Source: Eledone cirrhosa
Lineage: Eukaryota
Assembly (NCBI GenBank): GCA_964016885.1
Contig: OZ024743.1
Span: forward strand, 346,084,001 to 346,148,000
Direction of reading: 5' to 3'
Length of the DNA: 64,000 nt
Shown: positions 39,398-51,580 of the stretch, one piece after another
Position numbering within the stretch: position 1 is the first letter of the stretch
Layout: every line of letters starts with the position of its first letter
Made by a program: the position numbers and the translations under genes
Notes under the pieces: model-generated
The model's input: only the letters and a program-made list of their open reading frames with translations
What the model was told of the DNA's origin: nothing
Database searches by the model: none

Positions 39398-40800
39398 CAC
39401 TGGTCAACAAAATTAAATGTATTTTACTCACTATGAATGCAAACCAACTTTTTTAGACTAATTTTTCATGCTGATTTCAAACTTGCACTCTTTTTGTATG
39501 CACCACGTATCAGTGTTTCAGTAGATACATGCAAATATTTACATATTTGTATATATGAAATCATTAACGTATATTAATTTTAGAAAGTAAATGAGTTTAT
39601 TGAGTTAAAAATCATCACTATCATTCTACAAGTGAATACACAAAATATGGGTCAGACAAAACAGAGAAAGTTAGAACAACAGAATCAAAAACATTGTGAT
39701 TTGGGTTTCCTGCGGTGTCCCTGATCTGGTTGATCACTGTAAAGTGCCCATTAGTAGTCAGCCAGCGTACTGTCATTCCAGAAGCCTTGGTACCGTTTCT
39801 CCATAGCACTAATGTCCTGGTGAAATCTTTCACCGTGTTCATCAGACACTACTCCAAGGTTATCTGCGAAGAAATCCAGACGGGAGGCCAAGAAGTGAAC
39901 TTTCAGTGACATGCGACAACCCATGGCTGAGTAACAATTCAGAAGATTCTTGATGCCATCCGTGTAGTCCATTGCTTTCTTGTTGCCCAAGAAATTATCA
40001 CAGATCCAATTGAAAGCATTCGAGGCAGATAGTTCCAGTTCATCCTGTGTTGTCTTGAAGTTGACATCTTTGAGTACTTCTCTAATTTGGGGTCCGACAA
40101 AGATACCCTCTTTCAACTTCACATGTGTGATTTTGGGAACCTTTTCTACAAAATACTCAAACCCTCTTTCGTAGTGTCTTTACACACTTTATGTGCAAAG
40201 GAGACAATAAGACATTACATGGATCTACAAGAGGTGTATTCTTGACGCGAGAGTGTCCTGGCTGGTATGATGTTCTAGTCTGACAGTTTGATTCCGAATA
40301 ATGTCTGTCAGTTGCCCGACTATCCCATAGACACAAGAAACAACAGTATTTTGTGAAACCTGACTGCATTCCCATTAACATTCCAATGACTTTTAAATCT
40401 CCACATATTTTCCATGAATATCTTTAATAGGCAATGGCATGAAGTAAAAGTTCCATATTCTCATATGACTCATCAAGATGAACGGAGTGTGCAATAGGAA
40501 TTGAGGGCTTCAATTTACCATTATGGAGAATTACAGCCTTTAAACTTCGTTTTGAAGAATCAATAAAGAAACGCCACTCTGCAGGATCAAGCTTTTGTGA
40601 TAAACATTCGAAAAGTCCATCGATGTTACTGCAAAAGCAAAGCGGGCCTTCAACAGAAAAACATGTTTGTAGTTATACCATACTTCTACTTCAGTCTTGA
40701 TGCCAACAGTTCTGCTTTATCTTTTGAGAGGGATAGTTCCCTGACAAGGTCATTCAGTTCAGCTTGGGAACATTTCTGATTATAAACGGTTATATTCAGC
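39398..40800 (-). pseudogene. DNA transposon transposase pseudogene, probably CMC/Chapaev3-like
   Basis: GMQSGFTKYCCFLCLWDSRA, PLHIK, KLKEGIFVGPQIR, NFLGNK, MGCRMSLKVHFL..LDFF..NLG.VSDEHGERFHQDI..MEKRYQG; terminus CACTGGTCAACAAAA at 39398. Superfamily assignment is from recollection. Confidence 0.7.
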
Positions 40801-41039
40801 TGGCCTCAAGCAACACTTTCATTGTCAGTCACAAGATAATTGAAATCGTTACCATTGCACCTGATCAGCAAATCGATGGTAGATACAAGCTGGTTGCAAC
40901 CGTTTAAGATCCAGAGCTAGTCATTTGCGTAACACAAAACATCTAATTCGTGTATAGCATTGAATACTAACCTGTGGTAATTAACATTAGCATAATATAT
41001 ATATATATATATGCACACACACACCAACTAGCATAATAT

Positions 41040-41086
<47 letters not shown>

Positions 41087-41110
41087 GGTAATAAACTATG
41101 CACACGACAT

Positions 41111-41185
41111 CCCTGACAGACAATAATTTTTTGGAGGCTTAGTTTGGCTCTTGCTGTCGAAACGACCGGAGCTCAGCCGTCGGGG
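41111..41185 (+). ncRNA. Degenerate full HHR of the 503/28134 family
   Basis: CC-CTGAC(-)A-GACA...TGTC-GAAAC..GAGCTC..GTC-GGGG, with one core nucleotide missing. Confidence 0.45.
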
Positions 41186-41196
41186 TCCTGAATTTG

Positions 41197-41240
<44 letters not shown>

Positions 41241-41420
41241 ACTTATAACTCTATAAATGTATCTACTTTTAGTACGTAGACATCTCAATGAAAGAATAAG
41301 ATATTTTAATAAATCATCCACTCAGAGAAGTATTAATCTATATTAAACTTAAACCAAAATCTCATTTTGTGGAGATATAAGCCAAATCGGCTAAATAATT
41401 TCGGCTCAAACTTATATAAT

Positions 41421-41520
41421 ACCCCGACCATGGTTTCTGAAACTCAAGATGCAACATCAGGAATTCCAAAATATTGAGACAACCAATATTGGAAGAATTA
41501 AAGCTCCTTCATCAGGAGGT
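41421..41520 (-). ncRNA. Type I hammerhead ribozyme with ~70-nt stem II
   Basis: ACCTC-CTGATGA-AGGAGCTT...GAGTTTCA-GAAA-CCATGG-TC-GGGGT; GUC triplet; inner hairpin TTCCAA/TTGGAA. Confidence 0.8.
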
Positions 41521-41537
41521 GAATTTTTCTGAGAAAT

Positions 41538-41850
41538 AAGGGGACAGGTTGAAAATATATCATACATACAATTTCGTTGCTTGACAGTATGGTGAATAAG
41601 GTGTTTTATGCTGAATTACTATATGAATATATTCCATCTAAGGGGACAAGTTAAAAATATATCATACATCCCATTTCGTCACTCGAGTAGATGTTGAACA
41701 ACGTGTTGCATCGCTGAATTACTATGTATATGAATATATTCCACTCACAATAACAAGTTCAATATATATCACACATGCCATGTCGTTAGTAGACCGCATA
41801 GTGAAGCAACGTGTTGCAACGCTGAAATTATTGTGTGAATATTTCCTACT
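41538..41850. repeat. Diverged ~105-bp tandem repeat, 3 copies
   Basis: Recurring ACARGTT..AATATATCA.ACAT...GTGTT...GCTGAA(A)TTA.T..TGAATAT. Confidence 0.7.
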
Positions 41851-42221
41851 TAAAGTATTAGGTCAATACAACGGGATTATAGTGACGCTGGAAACAGCAT
41901 CCCAAACCGTCTAGATCAATATTAATATTGACTGCTCAACAATGATGTAGAAGTCTATATTAATAATGACATATATCCCCCGCAAAAGAGATTTTGGCTT
42001 AAGTTTAATATATATATATATTAGAAAATGAGGTTCTTTTCCAAAATGAAAAAAACCAGATGTCCTACACGAGTGAAAGTATAAGGAAAAAACATGAAAT
42101 CGAAAATGCAACTGGAGATTTTTAAGAATATTTATTTGGTTCCTTTACCGGTTTCGCAGTTCTTGTTCTTTTCAAAAGTAGAATTGAGATGGGGGTTTGT
42201 GGTTTTTATATATTTCTACAA

Positions 42222-42478
42222 GTCTAAAGTCTTATGACTGTCTCAAGCCAGAAGGCTCATTTGGTCGGTGCTTATCCCGGTTTAAAGGCATGAAACGTCA
42301 AGACCAATGGAAACAATGTTTCCATTGGTCTTTCCAATTGCTAATACTCTCTATCGGTCGCAACTCCGGGTAGAATGAGCAACGTGAAGTAAAGTGTCTC
42401 GCCCAAGGACATAACGCAGTGCCCGGTCCATCCAGGAATCGAACTCACTACTTCACGATTGCGAATCTAATTCTCTAA
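42222..42478 (-). mobile_element. CORE-type SINE
   Basis: Reverse complement has B-box GAGTTCGATTCC and CORE TGTCCTTGGGCGAGACACTT; the 3' region is shared with 60100-60358. Confidence 0.7.
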
Positions 42479-42835
42479 TATATATATATAGAATATACAC
42501 TTATATTCTTACACACACACACCCATACACACACCCACACCTACACCCACATATACACACACACACTCACACACACACACACTCACACACACACACACTC
42601 ACACCACGTAAAATATTCTTTTCCGTTTCATCCTCCTCTTACTCTCGTCTCACTTTCTATTTCTTTTTCTATCTTTCATACTATCTTCTGTTTCAACGGT
42701 TACTGGGGTACATTAAAATACTGAAACTGAGACTGAGGGACATTTACGATACATAAACATATTCTATACTCCTCCATATATAGGCCTCTTTTCTGAATCA
42801 CGCTATTACTGCGAGTGATATTAAATATGCAGATA

Positions 42836-43216
42836 TACGAGGGCAATGCCAAAAGTAAGGTCTCCTTCCGATATTGCAACTTTTCCGTTAAAATCCTGTG
42901 GATGGTGCATCGAGAAACCTCAGGAACCAAAATGCAGAGAGCATCCAGAGTGATCCGCCGATCTTTACGCATGTTTTCCTCGGAAGGAGACCTTACTTTT
43001 GGGATTGCCCTCGTATATAATAACTGCGGAAATTCGCACGTGGCGGTAGCGTTCAACGGGAGCTCCAAGCCAGAATTGAGCACCCCAGTAAAGCGCGCGC
43101 ATGCTTGTTTGTGAGTGAAGGATGCACCAATCACAACAGTGTTGCCAACAGCCGTACGTACAGTTTATCTGCGTCCCCATCACTTTGGAGACCTTAGTTT
43201 TGGGATTACCCTCGTA
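42836..43216 (-). mobile_element. Rearranged, deleted mariner element with three TIRs
   Basis: TIR TACGAGGGYAATSCCAAAASTAAGGTCTCC at 42836 (plus) and ending at 43015 and 43216 (minus). Transposase HTH fragment ENMRKDRRITLDAL...VSRCTIHRILTEKLQYRK. Confidence 0.8.
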
Positions 43217-45176
43217 TATGTATTTGTACATACACTCTTACAAATACACACACACATGTATATATGTGGGTGTGTGTACGTATTTAGTGATTGAATTTAT
43301 AGTTGAGAAGATATATATACAAACTATAACAAAAAAACTACTATTCATTCGCAATATTTAGCGACAAACTAACATAAAATATATTTAGGGCACATTCAAT
43401 TATTTATGTAGAATTATTTATTAAATGCTAATGTTAAATAGCTATATTTCAATGTGTCTTTCCTTTCCAATTAACTATTATTCTATTTATTAATTAATTT
43501 TATTTTGTTGAAATTCCTTGTTTTATTCTGTTTTTGGTTCGTTTGTTTGTTTTCAGTGGCATCTATGAAAAAGGGATTGAAAGACATATGAAGAAACGAG
43601 AAAGAATAATGGAATGACCAAAATGATAATTAACCCACAATTGTCACCAATACCACCAACAAGAAAAACACAGAGAATGTTTTATAACAATAATAAAGGG
43701 AAATGTGAGTGACTTATTAGCAAAAACTGGAAGGGAGAAACAAAAACGAACAACCAAACGAAAACAGAGAAGAAATGAGACAAATCTCACCAAGATGGTC
43801 GTAAATAAAGATAAAATGAAATCAAGAGAAAAGAACGGAGGAAATGTACAAAGAAAGAAAACAAGATTATAGCAATGGAAAGAATTAAAGAAGAAAACGA
43901 ATTTGTATACTGTAGTGTATTACAACATTGTTTTTCTATTGTTTCAATCAAGCAACACGTTAAAAATATTTGTGTACATTATTATTGTTCTTGTTGCTGT
44001 TATGTTGTTGTTATTTTGTGTTATTCTAGAAGTTGTCGAACTAATTTGCGAGGCGCCATCTCTAGGCAAATGACGAAATATTTGGTCAAAATGTCAGAAT
44101 TCAATTTCGATTCTTGATTGTAATAAATCAATGCGAATTTACTTACAAGGAAATATTCAGACACGTACATACCCACCTCATATATAGATCTCACACACAC
44201 ATATACAAATAAATGCATACATAAATATAAACATACATACCCATACACACTTACACGCATACACCTCTATCTCTCTCTGTTTTTTTACATATTTATGTGT
44301 GTGTGTGTATGCATGTATATACATATATATATATATATTTATGGCACATTACACGGTGCTGTTTTTTCAGGGCAATTTGAAATATAACGTAGAACATTTT
44401 AGTAATCAACATTATTACATCCTAGACGTTGAAAAGGAACAATCTGATTAGATTCAGGTTTTCGTAAACATTTATCAGAAATAAATAGCCCGTACCCAAT
44501 TTTATTTTGCACATTGTGGCTGTGGAGCACGTGAAAAGATTAATTATGTAAGAGCCACTATACTAAAAATTTAAGTTAATTTGAAATAGCATCGGCTATA
44601 ACCGGTGGAAAGAAATGGGTAATCGCTATCTGATAAAGGTTTAAGAAATTCCCAAACTAGTTAAACTGCTACTTTTTTAAAAACAGAAACGCAAATTATT
44701 AGTGTACCCACGGTATTTACTTTTCAAGTGAAAATAAAATTGATTTTTACTATAAACTGGTTTAGATACAAAATATGGCCAATTAATTGGAATATATACT
44801 ATGTCAAATTTTGCTGCTGTACTATGGCGAACGAGAGACCGTTCTCCATCACATGACTTCAATGCCAGCTGCAGACAACTCAGTCATAGCAGTATTTTCT
44901 CTCTCACGTTCACAGAAGTAGAACGAACTTTCTTCTCTCTCTCATTAATTTATTGTCTGCTGATGAAGCCAACGCACTTTTCGGCAAATCACAAATTGCT
45001 CTTCTCGTAACTTACTTCATTGGCAGAAACCCGGGAGCGGAGGTACGGGTGCAAACGCCACATTGCGAATATACACATTGTTAGAACTCTGAGGCAGGTT
45101 TCGCTCGATAATACTTCGTACTATATCTCATTGAGTGAGTAATGTGAGCAAAAATATAGCTAATACTATAACCTCG

Positions 45177-45407
<231 letters not shown>

Positions 45408-45538
45408 TTATTTATATCAAGACGTTCCCTAGCAGCCGACGTGTAAGATAAAGTTAAATCTGTATATATACAGAATATTAACCGCGACTGTACCAATGTT
45501 TATATAAATATACATATTATACACATATACATAACGAA

Positions 45539-45677
45539 TTGGCAGAACGTCCATAGAATGCTTTACGGTATTCAGTCCGGCTCTCTACTTTCGGAGTTCA
45601 AATTTCTCTGAGGGAAATGTTACCTTTTATCCTTTCTAGGTCGGTAAAATAAGTACCAGCGTTGTACCGGGGTCGTT
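45539..45677 (+). mobile_element. Diverged SINE family 1 copy
   Basis: TTGGCAGAA...GAGTTCAAAT...CCTTTTATCCTTTCTAGGTCGGTAAAATAAGTACCAG. Confidence 0.6.
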
Positions 45678-46354
45678 CTCCCTCTATACGTCTTTCTCCT
45701 TTCCTCTCTGTCACTTTCTATCTCTCTCTGGGTGAAATCTGCTGTACAGATGTCTGGAAAGGAATGGGCTCCGCTAGGCTTAAAATGCCCCCCCCCCTCT
45801 TCCCAAAAGCAGTATCTCAATACGGCGCCCCTACGACTCTCTCAAGATTTACGAGACCATACATACACCACACAAATGCCGGGGATATCTTGATAGTACT
45901 CCATTGTGACTATATCTTCATCAGGTGCGTATTCTAAATGTACAACACTTTGATAATCGACGAAAACTGTCAACGATACCATCACGTTGCAAGGTAGGAC
46001 ACGAAATTTTGCGAGGCATGGTGCTTAGCGACGTTAGATACTTTCACTCTGATGGCTGAGCTTCGCTCTCCAACGTTTTATTTTACAGTTATCATGGTAC
46101 ACAGGAACCAAAAGCTTTTGTGGCAGTATCGGATGAAACAAAATTAGGATGAGGAAATTTATTAGTCCTTTACATGCTGACTGTTTGACAACGAATGACG
46201 CGTCATTCAAGTTCAGCAAAAGCCAGGTATGTGCATCAATATATGTTGCTCCCATCTACAGACATTTGTCACCCTAACGTCATGAATTCTCGTGTTAAAT
46301 ACTCTCTCTCTCTCTCAGACACATATGCCCCTACACACACAAATGCATATATAT

Positions 46355-46404
<50 letters not shown>

Positions 46405-46986
46405 AGAGAGAGAGAGAGGGGGAGAAAGAGTTAGAGAGAGAGAGAGGGGGAGAGAGAGTTAGAGAGGGAGGGGGGGAGGTAGAGAGAGAGAGATATCAGG
46501 ATTTAACCAGTTTTAAATTAGTAAGACAATCAGTATTCAGCAGAGTACCAATACTTCGGATAGTAGAATGTAACAATTTTAGAGAGACGAAGCCCGGCGG
46601 CTGAGCTCTTGCCGTTTCAATAACTACTTCGAATACATGTTTAAATTCGGATCACTTTTCGACAGACACCCACTACATATAGATCTTCAAATCCAACACA
46701 TACATAGTTGTTTTAAGTAGCTCATCTGATGACATTTCATATGATATTTCATTTCCCCAAACAATCATAATAGAATAACAAGGACTTTCTACTTGCTACT
46801 TAAAACCACTTCATTTTATGCGCCTTGGGCTCACGAAAGGATCGAATTTTCCTATCCTATCATTCGCGCGGAAAATAAAAATAAGATAACACACACACTC
46901 AAACACACACACAATCTGATCGAGAAAGAGAGATACATAGATACACACACAAACACACAGAGAGAAACACATAATACATACATACG

Positions 46987-47119
<133 letters not shown>

Positions 47120-47270
47120 ATACTTTGGGAGGGTCATGTTGCCAATAAGAAACACACGCACCAGTTGCTTTCACTTCAATTTAATTTAATATATATTTAT
47201 AAATTTACAAATTTATAAATTTCTGGTTGGTTGGTTGGTTCCACAACCAGATAGTTGTTTATATATATAT

Positions 47271-47315
47271 AGTCATAGTTCTTTCGTCACACACTCTGTG
47301 ACCTCTTCAGTGACT
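47271..47315 (-). ncRNA. Minimal hammerhead ribozyme in the 3' pLTR of family A
   Basis: AGTCA-CTGAAGA-G-GTCACA GAGTG TGTGAC-GAAA-GAAC-TA-TGACT. Confidence 0.8.
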
Positions 47316-47589
47316 GGGGATTTCTTTCTTCGTTTCTGTGCCTTTCCTTTCTTCTATCCTACGCCATTTTGTTTGTGTGTGGGTTGCGTGCTCAGTTTGC
47401 GCATGCGCCACATCCGGGTGTCTGTGTGTGTTTGTGTTCATTTTTCTATTTTTCTATTTATATTTGTTTGTTTATTTATTTATTTATTGTTGGTTGGTTG
47501 TTTGTTCTATGTGTGTGTGTGTTTTCATTTTGTGTGTGTTTTCAATTGTAAGTTGTTTATATATGTGTGTGTGTGTTTTCATTTTGTCC

Positions 47590-50500
47590 TTAATTGTAAG
47601 TTGTGATGTTGCTGTTCCACTCATATTTTCTATTTAATTTTGGTTTTAATTCTTTTATGCTTACTGCCTCTGTAATTTGCCTAAACATTGCGTCTTTCTT
47701 GTGTGTGGATTCTATTTTTATTTCTATGCTCTCTAATTTACCCCTGTGTTCTATCTTAGCATGTTGGTAGAGCACAGATGATTCTTTACTATCTTGGAGG
47801 TCTCGCCAGTGTTCATTTATTCGTTCCCCTATACTACGAGCTGTCTCACCTATGTACACTATATTTTTGTTTTTGTTTCTACATTGTCCCCCAGTACATC
47901 TTATGCTATATACTACATTTCTAGTTTTACAGTTAATATGGGGGCTTATTTTACAGGTTATACATTTCTTATCTATACATGAGGGTCTTTGGAACGGGTA
48001 TGTCTTGCTAATAAGTGTTTTTACGGAGGTACCAGGTCTTTCTACTATCTTAATATTGAGATTATGTTTCTTTAGGGCCCTTCTAAATTTGTAGGCTAGT
48101 TCGCCTCTAGGGGTTGTATTGATGAACATTACACTCTGGTATTTATTGCTATCATACCATGAGTTTATTCTATTGGCATTGTTCTTAGTTCTTTCTATTC
48201 TATTCCAAAATTTGCTCCTATACAAGGGGCAGGTCCCATTTATGTCATTATTTACCATTTTTTCCCATTTGGTTCTGGCTCCTTTATACACTCTGATTCT
48301 ATCTCTCTGATTGTAGCCAGAGAACTGCATACGGTGGATGAAGTGTTGTATGTGTCTCTCTAGTTCTTCGGGGTTGCACATGCGGGACACATTTCTCATC
48401 ACCCGTATCAAATCCGCAATCAGTATGTTGATTTTGGTATGGTCCGAAATGGCCGAGTTTCGGTGGATCAGATGTTTGGAAGTCATGGGTTTGGCATAAT
48501 GGGAATGGAGGATTTGTTTTTGGTTGTTAATAGTATCTAACCAGAGCTCTGTGTCTAGTACAGGTAATCGATGGTTGGGGTGTCTACTTGGGTAGTCTAT
48601 AGTAACTCTAATGCTCTGGTGGATGGAGTTTGCTATTTGCTGGATGCTTTCCATTGTGTTTTTCTCAGGTTCCTGACTGTTCTTTAGTGGGGGTGTCTTA
48701 ACTACGATGTTTATATCATCTACGTAGCGGGAGTACATTATCAGGGTTAAGCTGTCTTCTAATTGTTCTTTAAGTTTTTGTTTAAGTCTACTGTCCCACC
48801 ATACCATGAACAAGTTAGCTATGTCGCCTGCAATGCTAACACCAATGGCTGCTCCTTCCTCTTGGGCATATGTTTTACCATTAAATTTGAACATATGTTC
48901 CTTAAGGGTTAATTTTATGCTGGCCCCTACCGCATGTGCAATCATTTTCTTCAGTTCATCGTGGTTTTCGGGTGTCCGTATGGCTCTGGTCCACCCGTTC
49001 CATCTATCTGTGTGGGTTTTCTTGGCCATTGAGGTAATGGTAGGTGGTCTGCCTCTTGCTGGTCTTGTAGGGCACAGGTTGCTAAGGTCATAAGTGTCTA
49101 GGTAACTATTACTATGGGTAAGCTTAAGTAGAAGTCCCAGCTCACTGGTATCAATCCCACGGAACTCAACCTTGCTCTCGCTGATCATTTCGACGCATTT
49201 CTCCACAGCAAAATCCACGTCAATAGATGGATACAGGGACACAACATCCATACTGCCTATTATGCAGTTTGTTAGGTCCCCAGATCGGTTACCCGCGCCG
49301 ATTCTGCTGAGGAGGTCCTCCGTGCTGTCACACACATCTGGGGACATCTCAATGATGGGGCGTATGATCAGGGAGAGGAAGTAGGACAGTCTGTAGTTAC
49401 TAGCAATGTTAGCCCCACAGACTGGCCGTGTTGGTGGTCCCGCGACAGGGTCCCAGCCCGTTTTATGGTCTTTTCGAAGCCCATACAACGCCGGCACGTC
49501 ATTGTTCCAGGCCTGGAAGTTGTTGGCAGTCCTTTTGTTGGGCTGCATTATATTTGTCCACATCACCATATGGGCATTGAGGGTTTTTTCTCTATCCTCA
49601 TGCTCCTGTGGTGTTACCTCTCTTGTGTTAGTGATGTGGGGTTGCATTGCCTGGATGTAGTTTGGCAGGCTGTCAACCGACATTCTGCCAGACTTGTCTG
49701 TTGGAAAGCATGCTATCTCTCCATTACGCGAGCGCTGCATGAGCTTACGCAAGCCATTTGCAGATTCTTCTCCCAGTTGCTGGGCCTCTATTCTATTATG
49801 CTTCTTGCTATACTGTTCTATAATATTTCTAAGTTCGGATTTAGCTATACTAAATTGTGCTTCTGTTTGTTCATCGACCTGCGACGGCAACTGCGTGCGT
49901 TTGTTAAATGGCAAAGTCGTGGCGTGGACTCGTCGTAGGTCGAATGATTTATCGGAGGGGTTATAAAACGGAGAGTTCCAGGCTGCTGCTTTATGTGTAC
50001 TAGCGCTATTGTTAGTTGTGTTGTTTCTATTTCCACCAACAGCAGCAGCCTCAGCTTCATGGTTGTTTCTATGTCTCTCATAATTACTCCTGTCTCTTTC
50101 CACTGGCTCAATGTTGTTATCTACCCTATTTTGTGTGTCTGTGTGTTCGTCTTGGTTATTCTCTTTGTCCTTAGTCTCCCTACTCCTTTTAATCCTATTA
50201 CTTTCTCTTATTTCTCTGATTTCTGTGCTACTGTCATTACTTGTTTTCGGTGTCTGTGTGTTTGTTAAGATTGTAGTGGTGGTGAGAGGCATTGAATGTG
50301 TGTGTGTTGTTGTTGTTGATGTGTGTTGTTGTTGATGTGTGTTGTTGTCTCCGTGTGTGTGTGTGTTATCGTTGTTGTGTGTGTTGTTATTGTTGTTTGT
50401 GTTTGCGTGTCTGTTGTTGTTGTATCTGGGTATGTTGCTGTTGTTGTTGTTGTTGATGTGTGTGTTGTTGTTATTGTTGTCTCCGTGTGTGTTGTTATTG

Positions 50501-51402
50501 TTGTTTGTGTCTGCGTGTCTGTTGTATCTGGGTATGTTGCTATTGTTGGTATTGTATCTGGGTATGTTGCTATTGTTGTTGTTATTATTGTTTGTGTCTG
50601 TGTGTCTGTTGTTGTTGGGATGTGTGTTGTATATGTGTGTGCGTATATTGTTGCTTTTGTTTTTGTTTTTGATGCTCCAGCGTAGTTTCGTAAATGATTT
50701 TTCTATTTCTGACAGACAACTAATCATATTTACCTTCTTGAATGTCGCAAATTTGGGTGGCAGACGTAACACAGACATTTCATTATTATCTATGTTCGTG
50801 TTTCCATAAATGTTGGTATTTTCATTGTTGAACTCTTCAGATAATGAGGTGTCGGCCATGTTGATACCGTCAATTTTGTCGGGATATCTATTGGTATACT
50901 CTATAGTATCCCGATTTAGCTTTGCCTGTTTAAGCCACTTTAATTTTCTGTTAAAGTGCTTATTACATTCTTGAGTAATGTACTGTTCTTCGGGGCGTAT
51001 AAGGCTTATAAATGTTAGTTTTTCTGCTGGTGTGGTGATTTTAGATATTTCATCTATTAGGTTACGCTTTAGTTTTTCTTGATGACTTAATTCTCTATAG
51101 ATCTTCTTTTTTATGTTTAGAATTAAAGTTCGTTTTAGCCTATCTGCTTGTTTTTTGGTGAGTTGTAATCTTCTAACGTCGGTATTGATGGTGTTGGTGT
51201 AGATTCTAGAAGTGGTGCACAGTTTTATGAAGTGTAGTTGTCGAGATGTTATGGTTTTTCGTAGACAACAGAACATGGTGGTTTTCAGTATCTTGTTAGC
51301 CTGGCTAAGGCTTACGATATTTCGTTTCTGAATTTGTTTAGCAAGATTCTTTATCTGAAATCGTGTGTTGAAACCGATATTGTTATACTTTGGGAGGGTC
51401 AT
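47590..51402 (-). CDS. PLE polyprotein: Penelope-type reverse transcriptase plus C-terminal GIY-YIG endonuclease (~1270 aa)
   Basis: Uninterrupted ORF with ATG at 51402 (MTLPKY). RT motifs LYGLRKDHK, RPV, SMDVVSLYPSI, QEEGAAIG, RYVDD, LPVLD; Cys cluster CIDKKCITC..C; NVVY..C..YIGET.R...R..EH, RQITEA, LN. Confidence 0.95.
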   Translation of the reverse strand: MTLPKYNNIGFNTRFQIKNLAKQIQKRNIVSLSQANKILKTTMFCCLRKTITSRQLHFIKLCTTSRIYTNTINTDVRRLQLTKKQADRLKRTLILNIKKKIYRELSHQEKLKRNLIDEISKITTPAEKLTFISLIRPEEQYITQECNKHFNRKLKWLKQAKLNRDTIEYTNRYPDKIDGINMADTSLSEEFNNENTNIYGNTNIDNNEMSVLRLPPKFATFKKVNMISCLSEIEKSFTKLRWSIKNKNKSNNIRTHIYNTHPNNNRHTDTNNNNNNNSNIPRYNTNNSNIPRYNRHADTNNNNNTHGDNNNNNTHINNNNNSNIPRYNNNRHANTNNNNNTHNNDNTHTHGDNNTHQQQHTSTTTTHTHSMPLTTTTILTNTQTPKTSNDSSTEIREIRESNRIKRSRETKDKENNQDEHTDTQNRVDNNIEPVERDRSNYERHRNNHEAEAAAVGGNRNNTTNNSASTHKAAAWNSPFYNPSDKSFDLRRVHATTLPFNKRTQLPSQVDEQTEAQFSIAKSELRNIIEQYSKKHNRIEAQQLGEESANGLRKLMQRSRNGEIACFPTDKSGRMSVDSLPNYIQAMQPHITNTREVTPQEHEDREKTLNAHMVMWTNIMQPNKRTANNFQAWNNDVPALYGLRKDHKTGWDPVAGPPTRPVCGANIASNYRLSYFLSLIIRPIIEMSPDVCDSTEDLLSRIGAGNRSGDLTNCIIGSMDVVSLYPSIDVDFAVEKCVEMISESKVEFRGIDTSELGLLLKLTHSNSYLDTYDLSNLCPTRPARGRPPTITSMAKKTHTDRWNGWTRAIRTPENHDELKKMIAHAVGASIKLTLKEHMFKFNGKTYAQEEGAAIGVSIAGDIANLFMVWWDSRLKQKLKEQLEDSLTLIMYSRYVDDINIVVKTPPLKNSQEPEKNTMESIQQIANSIHQSIRVTIDYPSRHPNHRLPVLDTELWLDTINNQKQILHSHYAKPMTSKHLIHRNSAISDHTKINILIADLIRVMRNVSRMCNPEELERHIQHFIHRMQFSGYNQRDRIRVYKGARTKWEKMVNNDINGTCPLYRSKFWNRIERTKNNANRINSWYDSNKYQSVMFINTTPRGELAYKFRRALKKHNLNIKIVERPGTSVKTLISKTYPFQRPSCIDKKCITCKISPHINCKTRNVVYSIRCTGGQCRNKNKNIVYIGETARSIGERINEHWRDLQDSKESSVLYQHAKIEHRGKLESIEIKIESTHKKDAMFRQITEAVSIKELKPKLNRKYEWNSNITTYN

Positions 51403-51535
51403 GTTGCCAATAAGAAACACACGCACCAGTTGCTTTCACTTCAATTTAATTTAATATATATTTATAAATTTACAAATTTATAAATTTCTGGTTGGTTGGT
51501 TGGTTCCACAACCAGATAGTTGTTTATATATATAT

Positions 51536-51580
51536 AGTCATAGTTCTTTCGTCACACACTCTGTGACCTCTTCAGTGACT
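51536..51580 (-). ncRNA. Minimal hammerhead ribozyme in the 5' pLTR of family A
   Basis: Identical motif, with the predicted cut ~140 nt upstream of the ATG. Confidence 0.8.

Noticed and set aside
41538-41850. Tandem units as a CRISPR-like array
   Set aside because: The units are homologous along their whole length with no unique spacers; eukaryotic context with no cas genes.
47794-50809. Plus-strand ORFs overlapping the PLE ORF
   Set aside because: Antisense shadows of the long minus-strand ORF and its low-complexity insert.
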